The notes: generated from the sequence alone by a model not told the origin. A DNA stretch of 64,000 bases from Coleofasciculus chthonoplastes F2-STO-03 (GCA_040222015.1 JAVJWO010000085.1:1-64000); one strand, 5' to 3'; positions 43,444 through 54,363 are shown, numbered from the stretch's first letter. Made by a program: numbers and translations.

Positions 43444-45615
43444 TTACCAATCTCCGCCTGCACCGCCGCCGCCACTATCACCCCCGCCAAAATCACTACT
43501 ACTGCTACTATCGCTACTGTAACTATCGCCACTACTACTGCTATCGTCACTACTGCTACACCAAATAGCACTGCTAGAACTACTATCATTCCAACTACTA
43601 TCACTGCTACTGCTGTAGCTACTACTGGAAGAAGGACTACTGGAATAACTGCTGCTATAAGCTGGACGTAAACGTGGGATTGTTTCTGCCTTCTCGTAGT
43701 GATAGTCACAACATTGACAATCACTAATAATCAGATATTTACCCGTACTATTTGTTGTTGCTTGCTTAACTGTATTTTTAGTACGAATTACTGTTAATTC
43801 TTGACAGTGATGACATTTATAAAACTTACTGGAAATCACTACATAAGTGCGAATGTGAACACCCAGACAATTCGGACATTTCCAACCCTTCAATTGGATA
43901 CTGCCTATCGTTTGTGCCACTTTTTGGGGACGAGTGAGGTGGGATGGCAAATCGTCAGTACCAATGAGTTGCATGGGATAGTTACAATCGGCACAATGCT
44001 TGTGTGGGTGGTGTAAATCGGGATTCAAGTCGAGGGACACTCGCGATCGCCCATTGGGTTTGAGGAAGATAGCATTGGCTGGTGGCGTTAAGCAGGGAAT
44101 CGCTTCTTTCATTTGTGCTTGGTAATCACAACAGTGACACTCTTTATGCACCAATTTCTCACCTTTTTGGTTCCAAGTGGGTTCTTTCAGTATGGTTTCA
44201 AGCTTGCGAGTGACGGTTAATTCTTGACAAGTGAGACATTTTTCAAAGTCCACTGAGTTGGAGACATAAGCAAAAATATGCACACCTTCTCCAGTTAAAT
44301 GGGGGCGACACCGAGGACATTGCCAACCATCAAATCGAATACTACCGATTTTTTGTGCCACTTTTTCCGGTTGAGTGAGTTTGGATTCTAGTGCGATCGC
44401 ATCGAGGTGTTCCAATTGCTTCTTACAATCAGCACAGTGCAGGCGACGATTGCTGTAAGGATACCCTTGAGTACGAGTTTTTCCTTCCGGTTTAACTAAA
44501 ACTCGACGCTGTCTGCTAGAACTTCTACTCGCTGATATCAGTAAAATAATGGGCAATCCGGGAAACAAGAGTAGAACAAATGCCATGGCTAACCCATTGA
44601 ATCCAGAGGATGTATCCGAATTAGATTGTTGAACAGACAGTGAAGGATTGCGGCGAATTGGGGCAGTATTTGTTTGAGGTGTTGGAGTAGGAGATGCTAC
44701 TGTTGGGTTTTCAGACGTGGATGTTTGAGCGGCACTAGAGGGTGCATTTTGAGCGTTTTGCTGGGCAATCTCTAAATTCCGCTGATACTCAGTAATCTTT
44801 TCTTGGGCTTTTTCTGCATTAGCACTATCATCCGGCACAGATTTCAGGAGATCAATAGCTCGCTGCCAGAGACTCGCGACGAGATTCCAGTCTTCTTGAT
44901 ATTGTGCCGACTGAGCTAAGGTAGCTGCACTCATGCCACTATCCAGTGCTTGTTGAAATGTATTAACTTGAGATTTTGGCAATTCGGTTGACTCTGGAGT
45001 AATGGGTTGTTTTTTAGGGTTAGCTGGTATCGGATTAACTTCACCGCCTAACTGCACAACCAATGCTTGGGTTCCGGCTAATGTCCCTGCGTCAAAGTTG
45101 TTTTGCTTAAAGAACGGAGTAATTTGAGTTTCGATAATCTTGCCAACCTGAGCATCGGGTAAAATTGATTCAATACCGTATCCGGTTTCAATCTCGACGC
45201 GGCGATCGCCTGTGGAAATCAAAAACAGTACACCGTTATCCTCATCAGCTTTACCAATCCCCCAGTGATTAAATAATTCAGTGGTAAAGGCTTTGGGTGA
45301 TGCGGCTGGAGATGTCTCAAGTACAGTTACCACAGCAATTTCTGTGCCATTTTCAATTTCCAACTGGGAAATCATCTGATTGAGTTGGCTTTCGGTATCC
45401 TCACTGAGGATATTTGCCATATCTGTTACCCAAGTGCCATTCACCTGCTGGGGATTGGGAACTTCTTCAACGGTTAAGGCGTGGACAGAAAGGGGTGAGA
45501 AAACAGTTATACAGAATGGAATTATCCAAATAACCTGTTTGATTTGACCTGCAAAGCATTTCATAAATTCCATCTCCGATAAAAACTTGATGTTGATTGG
45601 GGTATGTGAGAACAC
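43444..45615 (-). CDS. TPM-domain protein with a helical repeat, TM, two Cys-rich modules and a Ser/Gly tail
   Basis: TPM motifs as above; duplicated CADC...PxKVAQ.IGSI...GW.C..C...HI..YV...C..CQELTV...C.CCDY; FGGGDSGGGGAGGDW. Confidence 0.88.
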   Translation of the reverse strand: MFSHTPINIKFLSEMEFMKCFAGQIKQVIWIIPFCITVFSPLSVHALTVEEVPNPQQVNGTWVTDMANILSEDTESQLNQMISQLEIENGTEIAVVTVLETSPAASPKAFTTELFNHWGIGKADEDNGVLFLISTGDRRVEIETGYGIESILPDAQVGKIIETQITPFFKQNNFDAGTLAGTQALVVQLGGEVNPIPANPKKQPITPESTELPKSQVNTFQQALDSGMSAATLAQSAQYQEDWNLVASLWQRAIDLLKSVPDDSANAEKAQEKITEYQRNLEIAQQNAQNAPSSAAQTSTSENPTVASPTPTPQTNTAPIRRNPSLSVQQSNSDTSSGFNGLAMAFVLLLFPGLPIILLISASRSSSRQRRVLVKPEGKTRTQGYPYSNRRLHCADCKKQLEHLDAIALESKLTQPEKVAQKIGSIRFDGWQCPRCRPHLTGEGVHIFAYVSNSVDFEKCLTCQELTVTRKLETILKEPTWNQKGEKLVHKECHCCDYQAQMKEAIPCLTPPANAIFLKPNGRSRVSLDLNPDLHHPHKHCADCNYPMQLIGTDDLPSHLTRPQKVAQTIGSIQLKGWKCPNCLGVHIRTYVVISSKFYKCHHCQELTVIRTKNTVKQATTNSTGKYLIISDCQCCDYHYEKAETIPRLRPAYSSSYSSSPSSSSSYSSSSDSSWNDSSSSSAIWCSSSDDSSSSGDSYSSDSSSSSDFGGGDSGGGGAGGDW

Positions 45616-45876
45616 TGTAAATTCTTGAACCTGCGTCGTCTGTCTCTTACTCGCTATTGAGTCTTGGCTTTTATGCGAGAGGTTGATTGTTGTAATATCT
45701 CTTTACAACTTGATAGTGTCGATTAACTAACTTAAGGGTTGGTAGAAAATGATGCGATCGCTGATGGCGAAGACAGCGCCACTACAAACTGATGATGTTA
45801 GATGTAAGAGTTTGTAGTCAGCGCTTAACTTGCTTATGGCATGCTTTGGGCAACTACGAAGCGGTATTCATTCCGT

Positions 45877-46431
45877 TTAGAAACCACCGCCAGCACCGCC
45901 ACCGCCACTGTCACCGCCGCCAAAGCCGCCACCACTAGAACCACCGCCACCACTGTAGCCACTGTAGCCACTGTAGCCACTACTCGAAGAACTACCACTA
46001 CTCGAAGAACGACCACTACTCGAAGAACGACCACTACTAGAACGACCACTACTAGAACTGTTATCGCTATTTAGGGCTAGAATCAGCACTCCAACAGGTA
46101 CGCCCAATAGGATGAGTAGTGCCAGCAAAGCCTCGTTAGACGACTTATAAATACTGTCTTGTTGCTCAGGAGATGTAGTATTACTCGCGACGACAGGACT
46201 CGTTTCAGTAACCAAGGCTTTTGTTTCGTTGAATGTGCTTTCTTCAACGGTTAGGGCTTGGGCAGCCAGAGGGGAGAAAATGGTTAGACAAACTGGAACT
46301 GTCCAAATCATTTGTTTGAGTTGACGTGCCAAAGGTTTCATTGTTTTTATCTCCGATAAACTGTTGATATTGATGAGGTTATGGGGGAAAGCTGTAATTT
46401 TTTGAAGCTGAGTTGTCTGTTTCTTATTCAC
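45877..46431 (-). CDS. TPM-family paralog lacking the TPM domain
   Basis: Same signal peptide (SPL.AQALTVEE), TM and FGGGDSGGGGAGGGF tail; TVEE joins almost directly to TKALV. Confidence 0.7.
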   Translation of the reverse strand: MNKKQTTQLQKITAFPHNLININSLSEIKTMKPLARQLKQMIWTVPVCLTIFSPLAAQALTVEESTFNETKALVTETSPVVASNTTSPEQQDSIYKSSNEALLALLILLGVPVGVLILALNSDNSSSSGRSSSGRSSSSGRSSSSGSSSSSGYSGYSGYSGGGGSSGGGFGGGDSGGGGAGGGF

Positions 46432-46551
46432 GGTTAACTCCTAGATTGTCTGCAAAAGGTCAATTTGAGGAATAATGTTTCACACATTTAGCCAGCATCT
46501 GTTATCGACTTGAGGCAGTCAAAACCTGTAATGATCCAAGCGAACATGAGA

Positions 46552-47382
46552 TTAGAAACCACCGCCAGCACCACCACCACCACTGGAACCGCCGCCACTA
46601 CTGCAACTACCGCCACTACTGGAACCAACACTGACACCGCCACCGGAAGAACGACGCTTGGAAGAAGAGTTCCTATTGCGATTCGCGGCGAACAGAACTA
46701 TGATTCCCACAGGTACTCCTATAAATAGAAGTAATGATTGCAACGTACCTCCAGAAAAGGTTTCTTCACTAGATAGTTGAGAGGAAGATACAGCCATCGT
46801 GCTGTTGGTCGTTTCTCTATGTGCTGATAACGTTTGGGTAGCATCGCTTGTAGTGGCTTCATCCCCTAAGTGAACAACCAATGCTTTGGTTCCGGCTAAT
46901 GTCCCGGCGTCAAAGTTACCTTGCTTAAAAGGTGGAGTAATTTTAGTTTCGATAATCTGACCAACCTGGGCATCGGGTAAAATAGGTTCGATACCATATC
47001 CGGTTTCAATCTCGACGCGACGATCGCTTATGGAAATCAAAAACAGTACACCGTTGTCTTCATCAGCTTTGCCAATCCCCCAGTGATTGAACAACTCGGT
47101 GGTAAAAGATTTGGGTGATGGGGCGGGAGAGGTTTCAGGTACAGTCACCACTGCAATTTCTGTACCATTTTCAATTTCCAACTCGGAAATCATTTGATTG
47201 AGTTGGCGTTCCGTATCCTGACTGAGAATATCTGCCATATCTGTTACCCAAGTGCCATTTAGCTGTTGCGGATTAGGAACCTCTTCAACGGTTAAGGCGT
47301 GGGCGGAAAGCGGTGAGAGGACAGTGAGACAGAAGGGAACTGCCCAAATTGCCTGTTTGATTTTAGTAGTTATGCTTTTCAT
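46552..47382 (-). CDS. TPM-domain protein (YgcG-like architecture)
   Basis: Signal peptide, TPM domain, TM and GGGSSGGGGAGGGF tail. Confidence 0.9.
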   Translation of the reverse strand: MKSITTKIKQAIWAVPFCLTVLSPLSAHALTVEEVPNPQQLNGTWVTDMADILSQDTERQLNQMISELEIENGTEIAVVTVPETSPAPSPKSFTTELFNHWGIGKADEDNGVLFLISISDRRVEIETGYGIEPILPDAQVGQIIETKITPPFKQGNFDAGTLAGTKALVVHLGDEATTSDATQTLSAHRETTNSTMAVSSSQLSSEETFSGGTLQSLLLFIGVPVGIIVLFAANRNRNSSSKRRSSGGGVSVGSSSGGSCSSGGGSSGGGGAGGGF

Positions 47383-47424
47383 GATGTATTTCCTCTAAAG
47401 GTTGGAGTAAGTTCGCCATAGTCG

Positions 47425-47724
47425 TCAGGCTACACCTGCTGAGACAAAATCAGTTTCCCAAGTGTGAGATGAAATAGATGACATTTCTGCCTCACATAAA
47501 AAGGCGATCGCAGGCTTGTTAATGCACAGAGAGGACATTTGCGTGAGCGGCTGTTCCTGTTGGTGGATTTCTACGTCCGTCAACACAATGAATTTTCGAG
47601 AATTATTGAGCATATCGGAGAGTCGAGAACGATAGCTATTTGGAAGGGCAGAAACTGCCATGTCACCGAATATTTGAACGTTATTTAGCGTCAAAATTTG
47701 GACTCTCATCGAATTCTTCCTCAA
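47425..47724 (-). CDS. DUF6812-like small protein
   Basis: I.G........R.RLSDMLN....FI.LTDVEI...INK.AI.F. Confidence 0.65.
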   Translation of the reverse strand: MRKNSMRVQILTLNNVQIFGDMAVSALPNSYRSRLSDMLNNSRKFIVLTDVEIHQQEQPLTQMSSLCINKPAIAFLCEAEMSSISSHTWETDFVSAGVA

Positions 47725-48146
47725 ATTTCATTGGTGTTGTTTTCTGACACCCTGACCGTGGATCGGCTTGTTCGTTTTACTCATTCTTGTGAGTTATTTA
47801 TGTTATAGCCCCTTTAAGTGAGCCTTGTCAAGGGTCAAGTCTAGTAAAAGGCAGAAGGTAGGAGGATCATTGGTGTAAACTTAAGCGCCAAAAGCAGAGA
47901 GAGCAGGGAGAGCAGGGTTGTAGGGGCGGGTTTTACAGATAATATTCTGTTGATTGTCGGATAAGCTAAAACGCATTGCTCTAGGGATCTACCGGAAAGT
48001 TGACACAGATAGGTAGAAGCAGGCAACAGGAAGTCATAGTACTCCGAATGTGAGAAATATGACTGATGTGAGATAGATCGGGAAGGGCGGCAGGTATGGA
48101 AGGAAGATAGAGAAGATAAAATCTTGAAATATCATTCAGACGAACC

Positions 48147-49022
48147 ATGGCAAACATCCCCAGCTTTACCCCTCAACCCACAGCAGATGGCTCATTCACC
48201 TTCTTTTCTGAAGCGTTTGGTGAATATTTCCACAGTACTCAAGGCGCAAAAACGGAAGCGTTGTTAAAATTTGTAGAACCTTGTCACTTGAAACAAAAAG
48301 CCCAACAGCAGGTTGTGCGTCTGCTGGATGTATGCTATGGCTTAGGCTACAATACGGCGGCGGCTCTAGAAACAATTTGGATAATTAACCCCAGATGTCG
48401 AGTTGAATTAGTCGCTCTGGAATTAGACCCGACTGTACCGCGAAGCGCGATCGCACATCATTTTCTCAGTGGCTGGAATCACCCAATTCCTGAATTCCTA
48501 GAGGGTCTAGTGACAACCTCAGAAGTCAAAACGGATCAGCTTCAGGCGCAACTTTATTTCGGCGATGCCAGAAAAAGCATCCAGCACTTGTCTCAGTTGA
48601 ACTTTCAAGCTGATGCTATTTTTCTTGATCCCTTTTCTCCCCGTCGCTGTCCTCAATTATGGACGGTGGAATTTTTCCAGCATTTAGCCAACTGCTGCGC
48701 CAAAACAGGTAGACTCGCAACCTACTCCTGTGCTGCGGCTGTCCGTAGTGGCTTAATGACGGCTGGATTTAAGATTGGTCCGACACCCCCTGTCGGGGGA
48801 CGACAACCGGGAACCGTGACAAGTTTTGATGCTTCCACTCTACCCCCTCTGTCAGAGCGATCGCGTCAACATTTACAAACCCGTGCAGCTATCCCCTATC
48901 GTGATCCTCAACTGAGGGATCAGGCTGAGATTATCCTGCAACGACGGCAAATTGAGCAGCAAGCCTCTACTCTCGAACCCACCTCCCACTGGCAAAAACG
49001 TTGGTCAGCGAAAGAGGGATGA
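48147..49022 (+). CDS. MnmC/MnmD-type tRNA methyltransferase domain protein
   Basis: TADGS.T.FS..FGE.FHS..GA, DVCYGLGYN, GDAR, FLDPFSP..CPQLW, ATYS.A. Confidence 0.85.
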   Translation: MANIPSFTPQPTADGSFTFFSEAFGEYFHSTQGAKTEALLKFVEPCHLKQKAQQQVVRLLDVCYGLGYNTAAALETIWIINPRCRVELVALELDPTVPRSAIAHHFLSGWNHPIPEFLEGLVTTSEVKTDQLQAQLYFGDARKSIQHLSQLNFQADAIFLDPFSPRRCPQLWTVEFFQHLANCCAKTGRLATYSCAAAVRSGLMTAGFKIGPTPPVGGRQPGTVTSFDASTLPPLSERSRQHLQTRAAIPYRDPQLRDQAEIILQRRQIEQQASTLEPTSHWQKRWSAKEG

Positions 49023-49126
49023 GGGAGCTGGGGGAGCAGAGGGAGCTGGGGAAGCTGGGGAAGCAGAGGGAGATGGGGGAGATGGGGGAGATGGGGGAGA
49101 TGGGGGAGATGGGGGAGATGGGGAAG
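49020..49126. repeat. 9-bp STRR tract
   Basis: (GGGAGCAGA/GGGAAGCTG)n followed by (GGGGAGATG)n. Confidence 0.85.
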
Positions 49127-49268
49127 AATTGTAGAGACTTCTCCGGTGGAACATCTTTTGTAGGGGCGGGTTTTACCACTAACGTTTCGTTTTGACCCTG
49201 ATATAACTAAACCCGCCCCGACCTCACCGTTCAATTATCACAAATGACGAATGACAAAGGACAAATGA

Positions 49269-50189
49269 CTAAGAACTAATCCCCCACAGGAACGCAGCAA
49301 CACCGAGTAAACACAAGACACCAGATATCCCAGCTAAGGGATTATCTCCTATTCCCGTTATCCATATTGGTCCTTTTCTGGTATAAGAAATCAGTTTGGC
49401 TTCCTGGAGACAGGTTAATCCCCAAATCCAACCCCCATGAAGTCCCCAGGCTAAGCCTAAACTTCCTTCATTCACACAGCGGGCTAGGACTAATACCATA
49501 CCCATTAGCCACAATCCAGGAATTTGAGGGAGTGTCTGTTGCTGTTCCCAAATCAAATGCAATAGAGCAAAAATCAGACTGGATATTACCGCCGCTATTA
49601 CCAGAGAATAGTCCTGTTGGAGTTCCGTCAGAAGAAATCCACGAAATACCAATTCCTCAATTAATCCAATCCCTAGTCCTATTCCACATATCGGCAACCC
49701 AATTCGGGTCAATTGCTGCCAATTTTCTCCATGCCAATCCACCCAGCCTACTAGCCATTGTCCCGTAAAGCTGATTCCTAAACTCAAAATTGCCAGGGCA
49801 AACCCCCCGACTAAGGATATCAAAATCCGCGTCGTCCAGTCCCAGCCATAGTCGGGAAACGATGTATCTTCTATCTGTGTTGCCCCCCAGATAATCAGAG
49901 GGGCAATGAGGTAAAGAACAGCGACGAATGGCAACTTTTTCTGTGCTGCCAAAGGCTTAAGAGGATGCCATTTCAGTCGGGTTGCGATCGCGATGGCTAA
50001 AGGCAACCACAACGCAGACCAAGCCAGAAAAAAAACCGCGACTTTTACCAGCGCCGATGCGCTTATTAGCCAAATAATACACGGATTATCTGCCTGATCA
50101 AAAATAGCCATAAGCGAGATCGGCAAACGGTGAGGAGCTATAATTTTTACGCTGCTACTTTCATGCTGCCAAGGATGGATACTTTGCAT
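49269..50189 (-). CDS. CPBP (CAAX protease/Abi) intramembrane metalloprotease
   Basis: EELVFRG, FALLH and H.GW motifs; multiple TM helices. Confidence 0.88.
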   Translation of the reverse strand: MQSIHPWQHESSSVKIIAPHRLPISLMAIFDQADNPCIIWLISASALVKVAVFFLAWSALWLPLAIAIATRLKWHPLKPLAAQKKLPFVAVLYLIAPLIIWGATQIEDTSFPDYGWDWTTRILISLVGGFALAILSLGISFTGQWLVGWVDWHGENWQQLTRIGLPICGIGLGIGLIEELVFRGFLLTELQQDYSLVIAAVISSLIFALLHLIWEQQQTLPQIPGLWLMGMVLVLARCVNEGSLGLAWGLHGGWIWGLTCLQEAKLISYTRKGPIWITGIGDNPLAGISGVLCLLGVAAFLWGISS

Positions 50190-50216
50190 AACCCATCCTT
50201 TTTAGCATGAACTGCC

Positions 50217-50630
50217 TCAAACCTCTGCGGCTTCTAATTCCTCTTCGGACGCCTCAGATGTATCCATATCCACCTGTTTGAGGTGGATATGCTTGTAGCC
50301 CAGTTTAATTTCAAACTCATCACCAGGCTTCAATCCCATTTCGTTAGTATAGGTTGAGCCAATCACAATCTGACCATTTTTATGGACGCTGACGCGATAC
50401 GTCGGTTCCCGACCACGACCATCTTTTGCTCCCTCTGGATCTAAGGGAACACCCTTCGCCCCTAACACCGCATCATAAAAATCAGTTAAGTTGACGCGGG
50501 TCTGACCGGTTTTACTTTCGGAGTAATAGCCACAGCGTTTTGCTGTTTCTCGCCGAGGCAAGTGAGAAAGCTCTTTTACTTTTTGAAGTAAAGCTTTCCC
50601 CGTTAATGCATTAGGTTGGGTCTCTGCCAT
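50217..50630 (-). CDS. Cyanobacterial AbrB-like transcriptional regulator
   Basis: LTGKALLQKVKEL, CGYY, GRGREPTYRVSVHKNGQIVIG, GDEFEIKLGYKHIHL. Confidence 0.9.
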   Translation of the reverse strand: MAETQPNALTGKALLQKVKELSHLPRRETAKRCGYYSESKTGQTRVNLTDFYDAVLGAKGVPLDPEGAKDGRGREPTYRVSVHKNGQIVIGSTYTNEMGLKPGDEFEIKLGYKHIHLKQVDMDTSEASEEELEAAEV

Positions 50631-51197
50631 AATTTCACAGACTATCCTTTATTTTTCAGGATGGTAAACGTCGTATGCTGCCAAGTGTATTTGGCTATAT
50701 AAAAAATATATCGTTAAATCTCTGGTTTTGGTCAAGATTTTTTTGATCATTTATTAAAATTTCTAGGAATTTGAGCCATAAGGATTTTCCGGAGACGCCA
50801 AAGCCGCTTCTTAGGTTAAAATTTTAACCAAGATAGGACTCCGTGGCAAAAGATCGAACCTGAAGTATGTTCAGATGAGTGATCCATCTGGAGATTTGGC
50901 AGGTCATCTGGGAAAAATTTGACCAGACACAAGGGAGAGAGCATCTATCAGCAGAAAATCAACACTCCCAAGGATGAATGCTGAGTGACCGCCGATTGTC
51001 TTAGACTGTAGTCAGTTTGCTAAATATCGCGGCTAAATGCTCATGGACAAGTTGAGCGAGTGCCTTCTGGCAATATTTCTTATCTATATTTGTGGGCGAT
51101 CAGGAAATGAGGGGGTGATGGTCAATGGGTTGGTTGTGACTCGACTGAAGGTGGTAATTTTCATATAGGTGTTGAGATACAAAGAGAGCATATCACT

Positions 51198-52214
51198 ATG
51201 CAAGTTGCCTTTAAAATCATTCGACAGACTCAAAATACCTCCCCCACTATCGAGACTTACAAGTTAGATGTGGAGGAAGGAAACACGATTCTGGAGTGCC
51301 TGAATCGGATTAAGTGGGAGCAGGATGGAACGTTAGCGTTTCGCAAGAATTGTCGCAACACAATCTGTGGTAGCTGTGCGATGCGGATCAATGGTCGCTC
51401 CGCACTGGCTTGTAAAGAAAATGTGGGCAATGAATTGGCGCAGCTCCCTGAGCATCATCGCCCGGAGATTCCGGAAATCACAATTGCCCCCCTGGGTAAT
51501 TTACCCGTGATTAAGGATTTAGTCGTGGATATGCGGAGCTTTTGGGACAACTTAGAAGCGGTTGAACCCTACGTTAGCACAGCCGGACGAACCATTCCAG
51601 AACGGGAATTTTTACAAAGTCCCCAAGAGCGATCGCGCCTGGATCAGAATGGTAATTGTATCATGTGTGGCGCCTGTTATTCAGAATGTAATGCTCGCGA
51701 GGTTGATCCCACATTTGTTGGTCCTCACGCCCTCGCCAAAGCCCAACGTCTAGTCGCCGATTCTCGCGATACCGCCATAGAAAGTCGCCTGGAAAACTAC
51801 AATCAAGGCACTAAGGGGGTGTGGGGATGTACCCGTTGTTTAATGTGTAACGCCGTTTGCCCGATGGATGTCGCCCCCATGGATCAAATCGGTAAAATTA
51901 AACAAGAAATTCTGACTCGCAAAGACAAGCAAGCCAGCCGCTCAATCCGCCATCGCAAAGTCTTAATTGATTTGGTTAAGCAAGGAGGTTGGGTTGATGA
52001 GCGCAAATTTGGTATCCAAGTGGTGGCGAACTTCTTCCGAGATATTAAAGGAATGCTCAGTTTAAGTCCCCTCGGATTACGGATGCTCGCCCGTGGTAAA
52101 TTCCCCCTAAGATTTGACGCCTCCGAAGACACCGCCCAAGTGCGATCGCTGATTGAATCCGTCCAAACCTTGAAATCTGAGACACCAGAGGAAGAAATTT
52201 TACCAAAATCATGA
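51198..52214 (+). CDS. sdhB: Succinate dehydrogenase/fumarate reductase iron-sulfur subunit
   Basis: [20 protein letters not shown] and [12 protein letters not shown]e-S motifs. Confidence 0.93.
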   Translation: MQVAFKIIRQTQNTSPTIETYKLDVEEGNTILECLNRIKWEQDGTLAFRKNCRNTICGSCAMRINGRSALACKENVGNELAQLPEHHRPEIPEITIAPLGNLPVIKDLVVDMRSFWDNLEAVEPYVSTAGRTIPEREFLQSPQERSRLDQNGNCIMCGACYSECNAREVDPTFVGPHALAKAQRLVADSRDTAIESRLENYNQGTKGVWGCTRCLMCNAVCPMDVAPMDQIGKIKQEILTRKDKQASRSIRHRKVLIDLVKQGGWVDERKFGIQVVANFFRDIKGMLSLSPLGLRMLARGKFPLRFDASEDTAQVRSLIESVQTLKSETPEEEILPKS

Positions 52215-52399
52215 CATCTCAAACACCCACCCCAGAAAAATCGACAACAGAAACTCCCAACCAACCCGAACCCGCTTTTGGGTGGACACCTTACGCCGAA
52301 CAAATCAACGGACGGTTTGCCATGATCGCATTTGTGGCTTTATTGCTGATCGAGTTGATTACAGGTAAAGGTTTGTTAGGTTGGTTGGGTTTAATTTAG
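52211..52399 (+). CDS. High-light-inducible protein (Hlip/SCP)
   Basis: [16 protein letters not shown] chlorophyll-binding ExxNxR motif. Confidence 0.9.
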   Translation: MTSQTPTPEKSTTETPNQPEPAFGWTPYAEQINGRFAMIAFVALLLIELITGKGLLGWLGLI

Positions 52400-52686
52400 T
52401 CATTGGTCATTGGTCATTGGTCATTGGTCATTCGTCATTGGTCATTGGTCATTGGTCATTAGTCATTGGTCATTTGTCATTGGTCATTAGTCATTGGTCA
52501 TTTGTCATTCGTCAGGGAACAGGGAACAGGGAACAGGTAAGCGTTTTGAGTTAACTCCCCCTGCTCCCCCTGCTCCCTCTGCTCCCCCTGCTCCCTCTGC
52601 TCCCCCTGCTCCCCCTGCTCCCCCTGCTTCCCCTGCTCCCCCTGCTTCCCCATCTCCCCCTGCTCCCCCTGCTTCCCCATCTCCCC
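52400..52686. repeat. STRR tracts
   Basis: (TCATTGG)n, (GGGAACA)n and (CCCCTGCTC)n. Confidence 0.85.
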
Positions 52687-52703
52687 GAAACCCAACACCC
52701 CGA

Positions 52704-53834
52704 CTACCAACGAGAATCGTGCGTCACTGAATTTCCCCCAATCGCCACCGCCCGTAAATTGTATGATCCGGTTTGTCCGGCTTCATAAGCATTTGCCATT
52801 AATAAATAGATCCCATCGCTGGGTAAAATCACAGATAATCGGGCATTGGTGCCACCACCGCTATCATCATCTTGGGCTAAATCATTACCATTGGGATCAA
52901 GCAAAATTAAATAAGAATCGATTTCCCCACTGGTCATATCAATTTGCACCTGCTGACCCGCCCTGCCTTCAAAGGCATAGATGTCAAAAAAGCTGTTATC
53001 GTCCGCTAAAATATGACTTCCTTGACCCAGCCGACCGGGAATCACTGTACCATTGAGGGCTAAGGGTTGGGGAGGGTGGTGAGTCGGAGAGGGGCTGGGC
53101 TGCTGCACCGTCTGGGGCGCACGTCCATTGCGTACAGCCGCCAGAAACGGGCGAATTCTATCTATGCTAATCGCAAAACCAATCCCCAAATTCCCGCCGC
53201 TAGGACTGCCCAAAATCGCTGTATTCACCCCAATTAACTCACCTTGAGAGTTCAGTAGGGGTCCGCCAGAATTTCCCGGATTAATCGTAGCGTCGGTTTG
53301 AATTAAGCCCCGTTGTTGGTCGATACGGCTAACAATCCCGACTGTAAACGTGCCTTGAAACCTGCCAAACGGATTACCAATGGCAAATGCCCGTTGTCCA
53401 ACTTGGACGGGACGAGGAGCCAGAGAAATCGTCGGTAAATTGCTAGGAGTGCGAATTTTGAGAATCGCTAAGTCTAGACCATTATCCCCAAACGCTACCA
53501 CATCCGCGCTCAGGCGTCTGCCATCCGCTAGCGTTACCGTAACTGTTGGGGAACCTGCTACAACATGAGCATTGGTGAGGACTAATCCATCGGCGCTAAT
53601 AATACTGCCACTGCCTGTACCTTCTACCGTATCAATGGAAACCACTGCCGGACTAGCTTGTTGATAAACCTGAATATTAATTTGTTCATCAATATCTTGA
53701 GCCACTGCCACTGTTGAGCCTAGCCAGAGATTTAGCCAGTCAATCGGTGCGATCGCGTGGAGAGTCGTAGCACCAATCGCAGTAACAGTGGCAAGGATTC
53801 CCGATATAGCAATACGCATGCGTTTGGTACTCAT
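52704..53834 (-). CDS. Trypsin-like serine protease with a C-terminal PPC domain
   Basis: [38 protein letters not shown]...DDD.GG. Confidence 0.9.
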   Translation of the reverse strand: MSTKRMRIAISGILATVTAIGATTLHAIAPIDWLNLWLGSTVAVAQDIDEQINIQVYQQASPAVVSIDTVEGTGSGSIISADGLVLTNAHVVAGSPTVTVTLADGRRLSADVVAFGDNGLDLAILKIRTPSNLPTISLAPRPVQVGQRAFAIGNPFGRFQGTFTVGIVSRIDQQRGLIQTDATINPGNSGGPLLNSQGELIGVNTAILGSPSGGNLGIGFAISIDRIRPFLAAVRNGRAPQTVQQPSPSPTHHPPQPLALNGTVIPGRLGQGSHILADDNSFFDIYAFEGRAGQQVQIDMTSGEIDSYLILLDPNGNDLAQDDDSGGGTNARLSVILPSDGIYLLMANAYEAGQTGSYNLRAVAIGGNSVTHDSRW

Positions 53835-54160
53835 GGTTGATGGTCATTAAACCTCAAGGTCTAGTTTTATGGTGACTTATGCTTAAATCATTGATCAGTA
53901 ATTATGTGACAATTTTTTGTGGATACACCATAGAAAAAGCAGGGGGAGTAGAGACGTGCCATGGCACGTCTGGGAGCTGGGGAAGCGGGGAGAGAAAGTT
54001 ATATCTTTGAATGCAACGTGGTATTATCACTTAGGTTGTTTTTCCTTAGAACTTTCTGCCTTGGAGCCTTTGGCTACATATAACGGAGATCTGTACCAAG
54101 AAAAGTGAGCTAGCTCCTATATGTGAGTCCAGCGAATGACGTAGCTTGCTTCTCGAAAAG

Positions 54161-54259
54161 CTACAGCACTTTCACGCCACGGTGTAGTACAGTAACTATG
54201 AGATAGTGCTTTTCTACTCTTGGAAAGGGTGTATCACATCGACTCTGAAAACGCTGTAG
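54161..54259. mobile_element. MITE-like element; partial copy at about 24921
   Basis: TIR CTACAGCACTTTCA / TGAAAACGCTGTAG; ACAGCACTTTCACGCCACGGTG also at 24923. Confidence 0.55.
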
Positions 54260-54264
54260 TATAA

Positions 54265-54357
54265 CAAATGACGAATGACAAATGACAAATGACAAATGAC
54301 AAATGACAAATGACAAATGACAAATGACAAATGACAAATGACAAATGACAAATGACA
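54265..54357. repeat. Heptamer STRR tract
   Basis: About 13 copies of CAAATGA. Confidence 0.9.
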
Positions 54358-54363
54358 ACTTAT

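Noticed and set aside
43407..46728. Alternate-frame Val- or Thr-rich ORFs over the TPM gene tails
   Set aside because: They are shadows of Ser/Gly codon repeats
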